Below, in pieces: positions 20,769 through 32,000 of a DNA stretch of 64,000 nucleotides. Both the position numbers and the translations under genes were made by a program. How positions within the stretch are numbered: the stretch's first letter is position 1; each line of letters starts with the position of its first letter. Source of the stretch: an uncultured Gemmatimonadales bacterium (lineage in GTDB: Bacteria > Gemmatimonadota > Gemmatimonadetes > Gemmatimonadales > GWC2-71-9); the NCBI GenBank assembly GCA_963841505.1, contig CAWJCZ010000006.1, positions 139,573-203,572 on the forward strand, given 5' to 3'. Under the pieces are notes generated by a model. The model worked only from the letters and a program-made list of their open reading frames with translations. It was not told the DNA's origin and did no database searches.

Positions 20769-22868
20769 ATGAGAAGCGTATCGGTGGTGCTGGCGCAGGC
20801 GGTGGCCGGCCTGCTCATCGCCGGTGGAGCCCAGTCGCAAGCCCCCAAGTCAGGGGGCTTCGTCAAGGAATTCGGAACCATGTGGACGTTCGACGCGCCA
20901 CCGCTCGACTACTGGAAGTCACAGTACGGATTCGCGCCGGCACCATCGTGGCTCGAGAACGTGCGCCTGTCAGCGGTCCGCATTCCCGGGTGCTCAGCCT
21001 CGATCGTGTCGAACCGCGGTCTGGTGATGACCAATCACCATTGTGCCCGGGCCTGTATCACTGCGGTCTCTCCTCCCGACAGCAACTTTCAGGCGATCGG
21101 CTTCGTGGCGCGGGACGAGGCGTCCGAGCGGCCCTGCCCCGGCATGAATGCGGACCAGCTCCAGTCCATTACCGATGTGACCAGCCGGATCAACGGAGCG
21201 GTGACCGCCTCCCTCGAAGCCAGGCGGGTCGCCCAGCGCGACTCCGCGATCGCGGCCCTGGAGCAATCCTGCACCCAGGAGATGCGGGGCCAGGGCATCT
21301 GCCAGGTCGTCGCGTTCTATCAGGGGGGGAGATACTCGCTGTATCGCTACCACCGGTTCACCGACCTCCGCCTGGTGATGGCGCCGGAAGAGGAAGTCAG
21401 CTTCTACGGCGGCGATCCCGATAACTTCACCTTCCCCCGTTTTGATCTCGACCTGACCCTCCTCCGGATCTACGAGAACGGCGCCCCCCTTCGCCCCGCC
21501 AACTATCTCCGCTGGAGCGAGGCAGGGGCGAAAGAGGACGAATTGGTCTTCGTCGTCGGCAATCCGGGATCCACCGGTCGTCTCCTTACCCTCGCCCAGA
21601 TGGCCTACCTGCGCGACGTGCAGTATCCCGCGCTGCTCGAGTCGGTGGCCGAACAGGTCGAGGCGTACAAGGCGCTTGCGGCGCGGAGCGAGGAATCGAA
21701 GCGGCGCTACGAGAACACCATCTTCTCGGGCGAGAACACGCTGAAGGCAATCCGGGGATACCGGCGCGGCCTGCTCGACTCCGCGATCATGGCCAGGAAA
21801 GCCGCCTTCGAGCGTGACTTCAGGGCAAGGATTGCGGCGCAGGCCTCGCTCAAGACGAAGTACGGCACGGCATGGGATAACATCGCAAAGGCCCAGGCCG
21901 AGCTCGCGTCCTTCGCAAAGGAAGCGCGATTCCAGGGATTCTCTGGCGGCACCCTGTTCGGTTTCGCCGGCGCGCTGGTTCGGCTTCCCGAGCAGGCCCG
22001 GCTGGCGGACTCGCTCCGCTTGCCGCAGTACCGCGGAGATGCGATCGATCGCCTCCGTGCCGGCCTGGTGCGGTCGCAGCCCATCGATACTACTGCCGAA
22101 CGGATGCTCCTCGCTGCGCAGCTCCGGATGGCTCAGCGCAATCTCCCCGCGGGCGACCCGTACCTTCGCGCCATGCTCTCGGGCAGAACCCCGGAAGCTG
22201 CCGCGGCGGCGTTGATCGGTGAATCCCAACTGGCCTCGGCCGACGCACGGAAGGCGCTCGTCGAAGGGGGCGCCAGCGCCGTCGCAGCGTCGTCCGACCC
22301 ACTGATCGTTGCCGCCCGGGCGATCGAGCCGCTCTCGACCAGGACAACTACCCGTGCCGCTCAGCTCAACAACACGATCTCGGCCAATGCCGCGCTGATC
22401 GGCGAAGCGATTTTCGCCGCCTACGGGACGTCACTGCCGCCGGATGCCACCTTCACTCTCCGGATCAGCGACGGTGTGGTGAAGGGCTATCCCATGAACG
22501 GCACGATCGCGCCCTACAAGACCAGCCTCTATGGACTCTTCGCGCGATCGGCCGAGTTCGACGACCAGACGCCCTTCCACCTGGTGGATCGCTGGAAATC
22601 GGCGCTGGGGCGTCTCGATCTTGCCACGCCGATGGATTTCGTGTCCACCAATGACATCATCGGGGGGAATTCGGGAAGCCCGGTCATCAACCGGAACGCC
22701 GAAGTCGTGGGCCTGATCTTCGATGGCAACATCGAGTCCTTGCCGAACCGGTTCATCTTCACCGACCTGGTCGCCCGGTCGGTGAGTGTTCATAGCCGGG
22801 CCATTGTCGAGGCCCTCCGCAAGGTGTACGGCGCCCAGAGAATCGCCGACGAGCTCACCGCGCGATGA
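20769..22868 (+). CDS. S46 family dipeptidyl peptidase
   Basis: GTMWTF, GCSASIVS..GLVMTNHHC, GGDPDNFTFPR, PDATFTLR, DIIGGNSGSP, FDGN. Confidence 0.95.
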   Translation: MRSVSVVLAQAVAGLLIAGGAQSQAPKSGGFVKEFGTMWTFDAPPLDYWKSQYGFAPAPSWLENVRLSAVRIPGCSASIVSNRGLVMTNHHCARACITAVSPPDSNFQAIGFVARDEASERPCPGMNADQLQSITDVTSRINGAVTASLEARRVAQRDSAIAALEQSCTQEMRGQGICQVVAFYQGGRYSLYRYHRFTDLRLVMAPEEEVSFYGGDPDNFTFPRFDLDLTLLRIYENGAPLRPANYLRWSEAGAKEDELVFVVGNPGSTGRLLTLAQMAYLRDVQYPALLESVAEQVEAYKALAARSEESKRRYENTIFSGENTLKAIRGYRRGLLDSAIMARKAAFERDFRARIAAQASLKTKYGTAWDNIAKAQAELASFAKEARFQGFSGGTLFGFAGALVRLPEQARLADSLRLPQYRGDAIDRLRAGLVRSQPIDTTAERMLLAAQLRMAQRNLPAGDPYLRAMLSGRTPEAAAAALIGESQLASADARKALVEGGASAVAASSDPLIVAARAIEPLSTRTTTRAAQLNNTISANAALIGEAIFAAYGTSLPPDATFTLRISDGVVKGYPMNGTIAPYKTSLYGLFARSAEFDDQTPFHLVDRWKSALGRLDLATPMDFVSTNDIIGGNSGSPVINRNAEVVGLIFDGNIESLPNRFIFTDLVARSVSVHSRAIVEALRKVYGAQRIADELTAR

Positions 22869-25117
22869 TGAGGCGACTCGGCACCCTACTCGTCCTCGCG
22901 GTCGTTGCGGGTCCGGTTGCCGCGCAGAACCCGGAACGGAGCACGCTCGCGGTCGAACGCATCTACTCGCGAGAGTTTTCTCCCGAGTCCTTCGGACCGA
23001 CCCGATGGCTCAACGACAGCACCTACACGACCCTCGAGCGTGCCGCTTCCGGTGAGGGAACCAACCTGGTGAGCGTGGACGCAGCGAGCAACCGGCACAC
23101 CGTGCTGGTTGCTGCTTCCGTCCTACGGCCTTCCGGTCAATCGGTGCCGCTCGAGGTGGAAGACTATGAGTGGTCCGCCGATCATCAGCGTCTTCTCATC
23201 TTCACCAATTCCGCGCGGGTCTGGCGGGCCAACACCCGGGGTGATTTCTGGGTGCTGACCCTGGCGACCGGGACGCTCCGGAAGCTCGGCGGGCCCGATG
23301 CGAAACCGTCGACTCTTCAGTTCGCCAAGTTCTCGCCGGACGGAGGGCGGGTCGCTTACGTCCGGGAGCACAATCTGTACGTCGAGTCGATCGATGGCGA
23401 CCGGAAGATCACTCCGCTGACCGCCGATGGCTCGACCACGATCATCAACGGCACCTTCGACTGGGTGTATGAAGAGGAGCTCGGCATGCGGGACGGATTC
23501 CGGTGGAGTCCGGATGGAGCCCGTATCGCGTACTGGCAGCTCGATGCCGCCGGGGTACGCGATTTCCTGCTGATCAACAATACCGACTCGCTCTATTCGT
23601 TCGTGGTTCCGATTCAATACCCCAAGGCGGGCACCACCAATTCGGCGGCCCGGATCGGCGTCGTCGCGGCAACCGGCGGACCCACGACCTGGGTGCAGGT
23701 CCCTGGCGACCCACGCAACAACTACCTGGCCCGGATGGACTGGGCTGCCAATCCGACCGAGCTCGTCATTCAGCAGCTCAACCGGCGGCAGAATCAGAAC
23801 ACGTTCTGGGTGGCGACCGCGGCGAGCGGAGCGGTCCGCACGCTGTTCGTCGAAAGTGACAGCGCATGGATCGACATCTACGATGACCTGGCCGACTGGG
23901 GCAACGGACCTTCGCTACACTGGCTGGCCGATGGATCAGCCTTCGTCTATCTGAGCGAACGGGATGGCTGGCGTCACGCCTGGAGGGTCGCTCGGGACGG
24001 ATCGATGCGACTCATCACCAGGGGCCCGTTCGATGTCATGAAGATCCGCGAAGTGGACACTCGCGGCGGCTGGCTCTATTTCGACGCCTCACCCGACAAT
24101 GCGACCCGGATGTTTCTCTGGCGCACCCGGCTGGACGGAACCGGAGCTCCGGAGCGGCTCACTCCCGCAGGAGCGCACGGCCAGCACAGCTATGACCTTT
24201 CTCCAGGAGCGCGGTGGGCGATTCATACCTGGTCGGCATGGGCTACGCCGCCGGTCACCGAGCTGGTCCGGCTCCCCGCGCACACGGTGGTCCGTACCCT
24301 GGTGGATAATCATCGTCTTGCCGCCGCGATTGCGGGGCTTCGTCAGGGCCAAACAGACTTTTTCCAGACCGATGTCGGGGGCGGTGTCGGTCTCGATACC
24401 TGGCTCATGAAGCCGGTGGACTTCGACTCCACCAGGAAGTACCCGATCCTCTTCTACGTGTATGGGGAGCCCGCCAGCCAGACCGTGGTGGATGCCTACG
24501 GCGGGAGACGCTGGCTGTGGCACCTCATGCTGACCCAGCAGGGCTACATCGTGGCAAGCGTCGATAACCGAGGTACTCCAGGCCCAAGGGGGCGAGCCTG
24601 GCGAAAGGCCTCGCTCAATCAGATCGGGAGTCTCAGGGTCCGGGAGCAATCTGCAGCGGCGAAAGTGATTGCCCAGCGCCCCTACGTGGATTCCGCGAGG
24701 ATCGGAGTCTGGGGCTGGAGCGGGGGCGGGTCGAGCACACTGCTGCTCATGTTCCGGGCTCCAGACGTGTACAAGGTGGGGATGTCGGTGGCGCCGGTGG
24801 CGGACGTCCACAACTACGACACGATCTACCAGGAACGATATCTCGGTTTGCCGGGCGTGGATTCCGCCGCGTATTGGGACGCGTCGGCGGTGAACTACGC
24901 GAAAGGATTACGAGGGGACCTGCTGGTGGTGCACGGAACCGGTGACGACAACGTGCACTATCAGGGAACCGAGCAACTGGTGAATGCGCTGGTCGCGGCG
25001 AACAAACCCTTCACCATGATGGCGTACCCCAACCGGACCCACGGCATCTTCGAAGGTCCGGGAACGACAGTTCACCTCTTCAACCTGCTGACCCGGTTTC
25101 TGAAGGAGCATCTTTGA
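22865..25117 (+). CDS. Dipeptidyl-peptidase IV (S9B)
   Basis: DWVYEEE, YPKAG, GWSGGG, HGTGDDNVH, NRTH. Confidence 0.96.
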   Translation: MMRRLGTLLVLAVVAGPVAAQNPERSTLAVERIYSREFSPESFGPTRWLNDSTYTTLERAASGEGTNLVSVDAASNRHTVLVAASVLRPSGQSVPLEVEDYEWSADHQRLLIFTNSARVWRANTRGDFWVLTLATGTLRKLGGPDAKPSTLQFAKFSPDGGRVAYVREHNLYVESIDGDRKITPLTADGSTTIINGTFDWVYEEELGMRDGFRWSPDGARIAYWQLDAAGVRDFLLINNTDSLYSFVVPIQYPKAGTTNSAARIGVVAATGGPTTWVQVPGDPRNNYLARMDWAANPTELVIQQLNRRQNQNTFWVATAASGAVRTLFVESDSAWIDIYDDLADWGNGPSLHWLADGSAFVYLSERDGWRHAWRVARDGSMRLITRGPFDVMKIREVDTRGGWLYFDASPDNATRMFLWRTRLDGTGAPERLTPAGAHGQHSYDLSPGARWAIHTWSAWATPPVTELVRLPAHTVVRTLVDNHRLAAAIAGLRQGQTDFFQTDVGGGVGLDTWLMKPVDFDSTRKYPILFYVYGEPASQTVVDAYGGRRWLWHLMLTQQGYIVASVDNRGTPGPRGRAWRKASLNQIGSLRVREQSAAAKVIAQRPYVDSARIGVWGWSGGGSSTLLLMFRAPDVYKVGMSVAPVADVHNYDTIYQERYLGLPGVDSAAYWDASAVNYAKGLRGDLLVVHGTGDDNVHYQGTEQLVNALVAANKPFTMMAYPNRTHGIFEGPGTTVHLFNLLTRFLKEHL

Positions 25118-25445
25118 TTTCGGCTTCAGCCGGCTCGGCGGGAGGAGCCGGCTGCTCGCCCACGCTGACGGTATCTTCGTGGACCGCGTCGATTTCCCGG
25201 TCGAGCTTGGCGATCTTCTCGGTGATGTCGTCCATCTTCGAAAACAGCGCGTCGATCTCCGCCTGATTCACTTCACCGCCCCGCTCCCGCCGGTACACCA
25301 TCATCCCCAGCTTGTAGGCGACCCGGCTCCGAATCCCGATCAACCGGCTCCGTTCCAGGTGGAGCTTGCTCGATTCAAGGGCGGAACGAACCCGGTCACC
25401 AATCTGGTCGAGCTCGGCGTTCAGGCGATTAAAGATTCCGGACAT
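25080..25445 (-). CDS. Hypothetical coiled-coil protein
   Basis: 121-aa helical ORF, GGAGG RBS, codon usage like neighbours; 3' end overlaps the convergent DPP-IV gene. Confidence 0.7.
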   Translation of the reverse strand: MSGIFNRLNAELDQIGDRVRSALESSKLHLERSRLIGIRSRVAYKLGMMVYRRERGGEVNQAEIDALFSKMDDITEKIAKLDREIDAVHEDTVSVGEQPAPPAEPAEAEIKDAPSETGSAG

Positions 25446-25584
25446 GGACAGCCTCCCTGGTGGACTGCTTCACGACGTCTCAGGGGAAGGTAAGGTTTCA
25501 GGGACCGGAAGCGAACCGGGCGGGCAAACGAACGGCCGCCCGATCCTGAGCGGCCATGTCCCCGGTCCTGGTCTGGTCGCGCCG

Positions 25585-25860
25585 CTATTCGGTCGCGGCA
25601 GCCGGTTCGGCGGGATAGACCGAAATCTTCTTGCGGCCCTTGTCCTTCCATTCGAACGTCACCACCCCGTCGACCAGCGCGAACAACGTGTCATCATTGG
25701 CCCGGCGAACGTTGGCACCGGCATGCCACCGCGTGCCGCGTTGCCGCGCGATGATATTGCCCGCCTGCACCTGTTCCCCACCGAACTTTTTCAAGCCCAG
25801 GTACTGGGGGTTGCTGGTGCGCCCATTCCGTGAGGAACCTACGCCCTTCTTGTGAGCCAT
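25585..25860 (-). CDS. rpmA: 50S ribosomal protein L27
   Basis: [22 protein letters not shown]. Confidence 0.98.
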   Translation of the reverse strand: MAHKKGVGSSRNGRTSNPQYLGLKKFGGEQVQAGNIIARQRGTRWHAGANVRRANDDTLFALVDGVVTFEWKDKGRKKISVYPAEPAAATE

Positions 25861-25863
25861 GCG

Positions 25864-26208
25864 TCAGCTTTCCTTGGACTTGGCGGAGCGGGACTCGCCG
25901 GCCTTGATTCCGGTGATACGAACATCGGTGAACTTGGTGCGGTGACCGGTCTTCCGGCGGACGTTCTTGCGGCGCTTGAATCGGAATACGTAGATCTTTT
26001 CGCCCTTCACCTCTCCGACCACTTCGCCGGTGACGGACGCGCCCTTGAGGGTCGGGGTTCCGGCGTGGATCGCGTCTCCGTCGGAGGTGAGCAGGACTTC
26101 TCCGAAGGTGACCTTCGAGCCAGGCTCGGCCTCCATTCGAGGCACGCGCACCACCTGGCCCTTCTCGACCTTGAACTGCTTTCCCTGGGCCTTGATGATG
26201 GCGTACAT
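25864..26208 (-). CDS. rplU: 50S ribosomal protein L21
   Basis: MYAIIKAQGKQFKV, KRRK..RRKTGHR. Confidence 0.98.
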   Translation of the reverse strand: MYAIIKAQGKQFKVEKGQVVRVPRMEAEPGSKVTFGEVLLTSDGDAIHAGTPTLKGASVTGEVVGEVKGEKIYVFRFKRRKNVRRKTGHRTKFTDVRITGIKAGESRSAKSKES

Positions 26209-26238
26209 GCCGGAATCCAGTGATGAATAGAGCCCGTA

Positions 26239-26267
26239 AACCTAAACAGGATATGAGGATGAAGCAA
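26239..26267 (-). promoter_or_regulatory. Putative sigma-70 promoter of rplU-rpmA
   Basis: TTGCTT-N17-TAGGTT on the minus strand, about 30 nt upstream of the rplU ATG. Confidence 0.55.
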
Positions 26268-26284
26268 GATGTCCCGCTAGCTGG

Positions 26285-26977
26285 CTAATACCCTGCCAGG
26301 GAAGCCGTCCGTGAGAGGTCGAGATACCGGGAATGGGCCAAAAACCCGGGGTCGGGATACCAGGCAAAAACGATCGCGCCACCTTGAAGGAGGTTTACCA
26401 GGCGGCGGGCGCTGCCCATGGGAACCGCCGGACAACCCTCGGTTCGGCCGAGGAACCCCTGCGCGGCGCGATCCGCATTGACGAAGGGACTGCCGTGAAG
26501 CACCAGGCCACGAGCCCGGGCGCGGTCGTTGATCCCGGGCTCGAGGCCGTCCAGTCGAAGCGAAAGACCGCGCACCCCGATGTACGCATCACCGGTCAGG
26601 AAGACGCCGAGGCTCGACTGATTGCTCCCATATCGATTGGAAAACCAGGCGGGCCAGATTCCCCCCGAAGCCCAGCCATGCGCGACGTATTCGCGCGTGA
26701 TGACGCTGTCGGTCCGGGCATCGATGACCCAGAGGCGTGGTTCATTGGAAGGCAGCGTATAGTCGATGATCGCGAGCAGCGATCTGGTCGAAAGGCGCTC
26801 CGCGCTGACCCGCTGGTATGCCGCATGGGCCTGGGCCCAGGCGTCCGCGGACATGCCCTCGGGAGCGGCGATGGTCGGCTCGGCTCCGGGGTCCAGCACG
26901 GGACGCGGACCGGCGCACCCGGCTGACATGATGAGGAGCAAGAAACAGGGGAATCGATCCTCGCGACATACCCGCAT
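26285..26977 (-). CDS. Murein L,D-transpeptidase catalytic-domain lipoprotein (YkuD_2-like)
   Basis: IIDYTLPS..PRLWVID, VAHG..SG, FSN..GSNQSSLG, LDGLEPGIND, HG...GRTEGCPA. Confidence 0.88.
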   Translation of the reverse strand: MRVCREDRFPCFLLLIMSAGCAGPRPVLDPGAEPTIAAPEGMSADAWAQAHAAYQRVSAERLSTRSLLAIIDYTLPSNEPRLWVIDARTDSVITREYVAHGWASGGIWPAWFSNRYGSNQSSLGVFLTGDAYIGVRGLSLRLDGLEPGINDRARARGLVLHGSPFVNADRAAQGFLGRTEGCPAVPMGSARRLVNLLQGGAIVFAWYPDPGFLAHSRYLDLSRTASLAGY

Positions 26978-27043
26978 CGCAGGGCAAACGATGTGCCCTG
27001 CGTGAACCTGCCCGATGGACAGGTTTGCGCAGGACCTTGCAGG

Positions 27044-28676
27044 TCAGCCTACCGCATATTGCTCGGTCACGTCCCGGCCCGACGGCCGGCTCATGAACCG
27101 GAATTCGTCCAGATGCATCATCGGATCATCCCGGATTTCCAGGGTCACCCCGATGTTCCGTCCGATCGATGGCAGCAGCTTGGATTCCTCTTCCAGCAGG
27201 TAGAGCGCGACTTCAGGATGGATCCGGATGGTCAGCGCTTTCTCGCGCTTGGCGTGTCCCACTCGCCGCAACGAGCGCTCGAGTCTCCGGGAGACAACCT
27301 CTGGACGGAAGACCCGCCCCGAACCGGTGCAGGTGGGACATTCGGTCGTCATCGACGCATGGAGCGATGGTCGGATCCGCTGGCGGGTCATTTCGATCAT
27401 GCCGAGCTCGGAGACCGCCATCGCGCGGGTTCGAGCGCGATCGCGTCCCAGGTGAGTCCTGAGCTCCTGGAGGACGCGGTCCCGGTTCCCGCGGGTTTCC
27501 ATGTCGATGAAATCGCAGACGATGATCCCACCCAGGTCACGCAGCCGGAGCTGCCGGGCAATCTCGCGCGCCGCCTCGAGATTGGTGCGCAGGATGGTCT
27601 TCTCGGGATCCTTCTTCCCGGTATATCGGCCGGTGTTCACGTCGATGGACACCAGGGCTTCGGTGGGCTGGATGACCAGCGATCCGCCGGTTGGGAGATC
27701 CACCCGGGGCCGGAACAACCCGCTGATCTCGGCCTCGATTTCGTACTTGTCGAACAGGGGCATTTCTCCCTCATACAGCTTGACCCGCTCTTTGAGCTCG
27801 GGGTCCACGTCATCCAGGTAATCCAGGATTTCCTGCTGGACGTCCGGGTTGTCGACGTTGAGGGCATCGACCTTGTCACTGAAGACGTCCCGAATGAGGC
27901 CGCGGGTCAGGGACGCTTCCCGCTGGAGAAGCGCCGGGGCCTTCCGGGTGTAGAACTGTTTGCGCTTGATCTTCTTCCACTGATTCAGCAGCGCGGTGAT
28001 TTCCCGGCGGAAGTGATCCTCGGTCACCCCCTCGGCGACGGTCCGGACGATCAGGCCGCCCGATCCTTCCGGGAAGCAGACGGGTGACCATTTCCCGGAG
28101 ACGGGACCGCTGTTCCCGGTTGTCGATCTTGCGGCTGATCCCGACCCGCGACGCATAGGGCATGTACACGAGAAACCGGCCCGGCAGGGAAATCTGGGCG
28201 GTGACTCTGCTTCCCTTGGTGCTGATGGGTTCCTTGGTGACCTGTACCGGAAGGATCTGGCCCTTCTTCAGGATCTCGCTGATTTCGGGGAGCTTCCGGC
28301 CGACTTCGCGCTGGCGGTACTCCCCCGAGGGACGATCTCCGTTGCCGCGCTTACGGCGGGAACGGTCCGGGCCTCGAGGAGGGGCTTCCGGCACTTCGTC
28401 GGGAGCCTCCTCGCCGTCTCCGTTTTCGCCCGGCTCTTCGTCCTCGTCGGGTTCCAGCAGGTCGGAGGCGTGGAGGAAGGCGCTCTTCTCGTGGCCGATG
28501 TCCACGAAAGCAGCCTGAATCCCGGGAAGAACCGCCTCCACCTTCCCGAGGTAGATGTCTCCGACTATCCGGCGGTGATCGGGCCGATCAACCAGGAGCT
28601 CGACAAGCCGGTCGTCCTCTAGAATGGCCACCCGGGTCTCCCGGGGGCCTCCATTGATGAGAATCTCTCGCTTCAC
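27044..28676 (-). CDS. rng: Rne/Rng family ribonuclease (RNase G/E), frameshift near 28080
   Basis: ETRVAI, GDIYLGKV..VLPGIQAAFVDIG, QVTKEP, IDVNTG, TNLEAA..IARQLRLRDLGGIIVCDFIDM, CPTCTG. Confidence 0.95.
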
Positions 28677-28678
28677 AA

Positions 28679-28869
28679 AACCGTTCCCGGACCATGAGGG
28701 GGTCGGTCGGCCGGAACCGCTCGGGGGAGGCCGCGACGAAACCCGTCGGTCTCACGTACACCGCGCACCCCGGATCTCCCCGCCGAACCTCAGCTCGGGC
28801 AGGTTCCGCTCTGACCTGAGCGGGTCCTGTCGGAGTCTGCGAGGCAGGATGAAAACGGAACACTCGGTT
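28679..28869 (-). ncRNA. Putative structured 5' leader of rng
   Basis: At least five nested inverted repeats with end-to-end pairing (see findings). Confidence 0.45.
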
Positions 28870-29004
28870 CGTGAGATAAGGCCGCCCTGAGTGGAGAATC
28901 CGGACCGATCCGGACGAAAAAAGACGCGATGATGCGATTGCCGGATGCGTCGATGCAATCCGGCGGGCGATCAACCTCAGAGATCGCGCTAGCCGCATTT
29001 CATA

Positions 29005-29033
29005 AATCTAGAAAAGGCAGCGGTTTATGGAAA
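29005..29033 (-). promoter_or_regulatory. Possible sigma-70 promoter of rng
   Basis: TTTCCA-N17-TAGATT on the minus strand in an AT-rich patch. Confidence 0.35.
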
Positions 29034-32000
29034 GGGGACCGGGGGCAGGCCCGCCGCCTTCCGACTCCCGTTGAGCCTGGCGAGTCCGCCGCCTTTCGTG
29101 GCGCCCCATCGAGTCATGACCTCCCTGAACTGGGTTCTGGCGCGGTCACAGGCTGCCAACTGACCCGCCGTTGGGGGCACCTCCGCCCTCTGCATTGACA
29201 TGGCGGCCGCCAGCATGGCGTTGCTGACGCTTTCCAGTGAGGCCGGTCCCTGGCCCCCCCCACCGAAGCCACCGAATCCGCCCCCGAAGCCGCCTCGAGG
29301 GCGGGGGGCCGGGGCGAGCGAGTCTACTTTCGCGCGGAAGGCGGCGGCGTCCGCCCCTTCGGCCCCCTGAAGAGCGGTGCTCAGGCGTCGGGCGTCGACA
29401 AACGCTTGGTGGGACGCCTTTGCTCCGTTGTACATCTCGCGGGTGAGGGCCGATATCCTGGCGAGGGCGGTCGAGGCAATCCTGACCCGCGGGTCGAGCC
29501 GGAGAACCAGCGGCTGGGAATAGGTCTTCCCGTTCGCGGTCAGCCGGACGGTGTACCGTCCGGGGGGGGCCCAGGGTGAATTCACCTGGGGATAGGTGTG
29601 ATGAGGGACCGCCCCGGTGGCGCTGATCGCGCCGCTCTGTGGACCATCGTCGGGGGTGATTGGCTCGTACCGCATGTCCCAGGGGAACCGGTGCATCCCC
29701 GGGGAAGCGTCGAGGTGCTCCGCCGGCGCCGGCCAGTAGAGCGGCAACCCGCAGTGCGGCGCGCCGGGATTCTGTCGGCACATCCGATCATAGGCAACCG
29801 GATCACTCGCAGGGTTCGGCGGAACCGGATCAGCGCTCGAGTAGCGGCGAATGACCGCTCCCGCGGTGTCGAGAATCTCCAGCGTCACCGGGCCGCCGGC
29901 CGGCGCGCCGAGGTAATAGTCGATGATTGCCCCGGCGGTGAGATTCTCGCCCGCGGGAATTTCCGGCGGCCAGGGCGTGGGATCGTTGGTCCCGGCGCGA
30001 ACCCGAACTGCGGTCACCGGTTTGAAGAGGTATGCGGACTGCTCCTGCTTCGCCCGTCGGGCCTCTGCCACCTGGCGCAGCGGTGTGATGTCATCCAGGA
30101 TCCAGAATCCTCTCCCGTGGGTTCCGGCGACGAGGTCGGCACAGAAGCAGGTACTGTCGTCCTTGATGCGGATATCGCGCACCGAGATTGCCGGCATGTT
30201 GAGGCGGAGCGATTCCCAGTGCTCCCCGTCGTCGAACGACACCCATACCTGGGTATCGGTAGCGGCGTAGAGCAACCCTCGTTGTCGAGGGTCCTCCCGG
30301 ATCGAGTTCGCCACCGCGCCCATCGCGATCCCGGTGTTTATCTCCGTCCAGCTCCTGCCACCATCGTGGGTGCGATAGAAGTGCGGGTTGTCATCATCGA
30401 CCCGCATCGTATTGGCGGCGGCATAGGCGGTCAGGGTGTCGAACTGCCCCGCCTCGAGATTGAAAATCCGGGTCCATGGTTTGATCCCCGGCGGTGTGAC
30501 GTTGCGCCAGATCCTTCCGCCGTTCATGGTCACCTGGATGTTGCCATCGTCCGTGCCGGCCCAGATCACGTTGACGTTGCGAGGCGAGAGCCCCAGCGCC
30601 GTGATGGCCCCCTGAGGTCTCGGGGTTACCGAAGCGGCATACTTGCCCGCGTTGGCGGGAACCTCCCAGGTCTGGCGGGCAAGGTCCGGACTGATCCGGG
30701 TCCAGCTCTGGGCCCGATCGATGGACTTCCAGACCACGTTGGACGCATAGAACAGGACGTCGGGGTTGGCCGGCGACCAGCTCAGCGGCATCGTGCGCAC
30801 GTTCCTGCCATAGGCTTCGCCCCGCTGGCTCTGATCGGGGCCAACCTGGGTCGACTGACCGGTTTTCCGGTTGTAGAGCGAGACGCCGTTTCGGGCACTG
30901 CCGTAGACCAGGTCAGGGTTTCGGGGATCCGGCGCCGCGATCCCGTATTCCTGAATGTTGACCGGGTGCCAGTCGTGAAAGGTGATCTCTCCGTCGTCGG
31001 AACGGCTGTCGACGCAGGCTGATCCGGAGTCCTGTTGCCCGCCACAGAGGCGGTAGGGGAAGGCATAGTCCGCGGTCACGTGGTACATCGCCGCGGTGGG
31101 CTGGGTGTACCAGTTACTCCATGACTCGCCGCGATTGGCCGAGACAACGGCGCCCTGGTCGGCAACCGCGAGAATGATGTCGGAGTTGTTGGGGTTGATC
31201 CAGATCTTCTGATAGTCGTCTCCCCCGGGCGCGCCCCGGATTGCGGACCACGAATGTCCGCCGTCCTCGGTGCGCCACATCACGACCGACGCGCTGTAGA
31301 CGACGTCCTCGTGCCGGGGATCGACAACGATGGTCGGGAGATCGCCTCCACCGATCCGGCCGAGCGGACGGGGATCCAGGGTCGCACCGGGAGCCTCGGT
31401 CCCGGGGCCACGGGTGACAACGGTCCAGTGCTCCCCGGAATCGGTCGAGCGATACATCCCGCTGGTAGGCGGGTTGGAGTTGCCGGGGTTCGCCGACTGG
31501 GCGCCCGCAACCATCGCGTACAGCATGCCCGGCTTGCTCGCTGCGACGGCGAGATTGGCCTGGACCACGGCAGGAAGCCCATCGGTGACCTGGTGCCAGG
31601 TGGTGCCGCCGTCGGCCGATTTGAAGATCCCGCCACTCGCTCCCCCGAACGAACCGCCTTCGACGAAGCTTTGCTGCTGCTGCCAGAGGGCGGCGTACAC
31701 AATCCGGGGATCGGCGGGGTCGATCCGGACGTCGTTGCCGCTGGTATAGTCGTCCTTGAAGAGCACCTTCTCGAAGGTCCGGCCTCCGTCGGTCGAGCGA
31801 TAAATCCCGCGTTCCGGGTTAGGAGCGTACGGATGTCCCAGGGCCGCTACGAACAGGCGGTCCGGATTGGTGGGATCCACATCGATGTGGGCAATCATCC
31901 GGGTGTCGGCCAGTCCGAGCCGGGTCCAGGTCCTGCCGGTATCCACCGACTTGTAAAGGCCATCGCCGGTGGCGAGGTCGGGACGGATGATCCCGGCGCC

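Noticed and set aside
28940..28964. Hairpin resembling the enterobacterial REP (GCCGGATGCG...ATCCGGC)
   Set aside because: Only one copy noticed and no RAYT transposase; treated as part of the rng leader.
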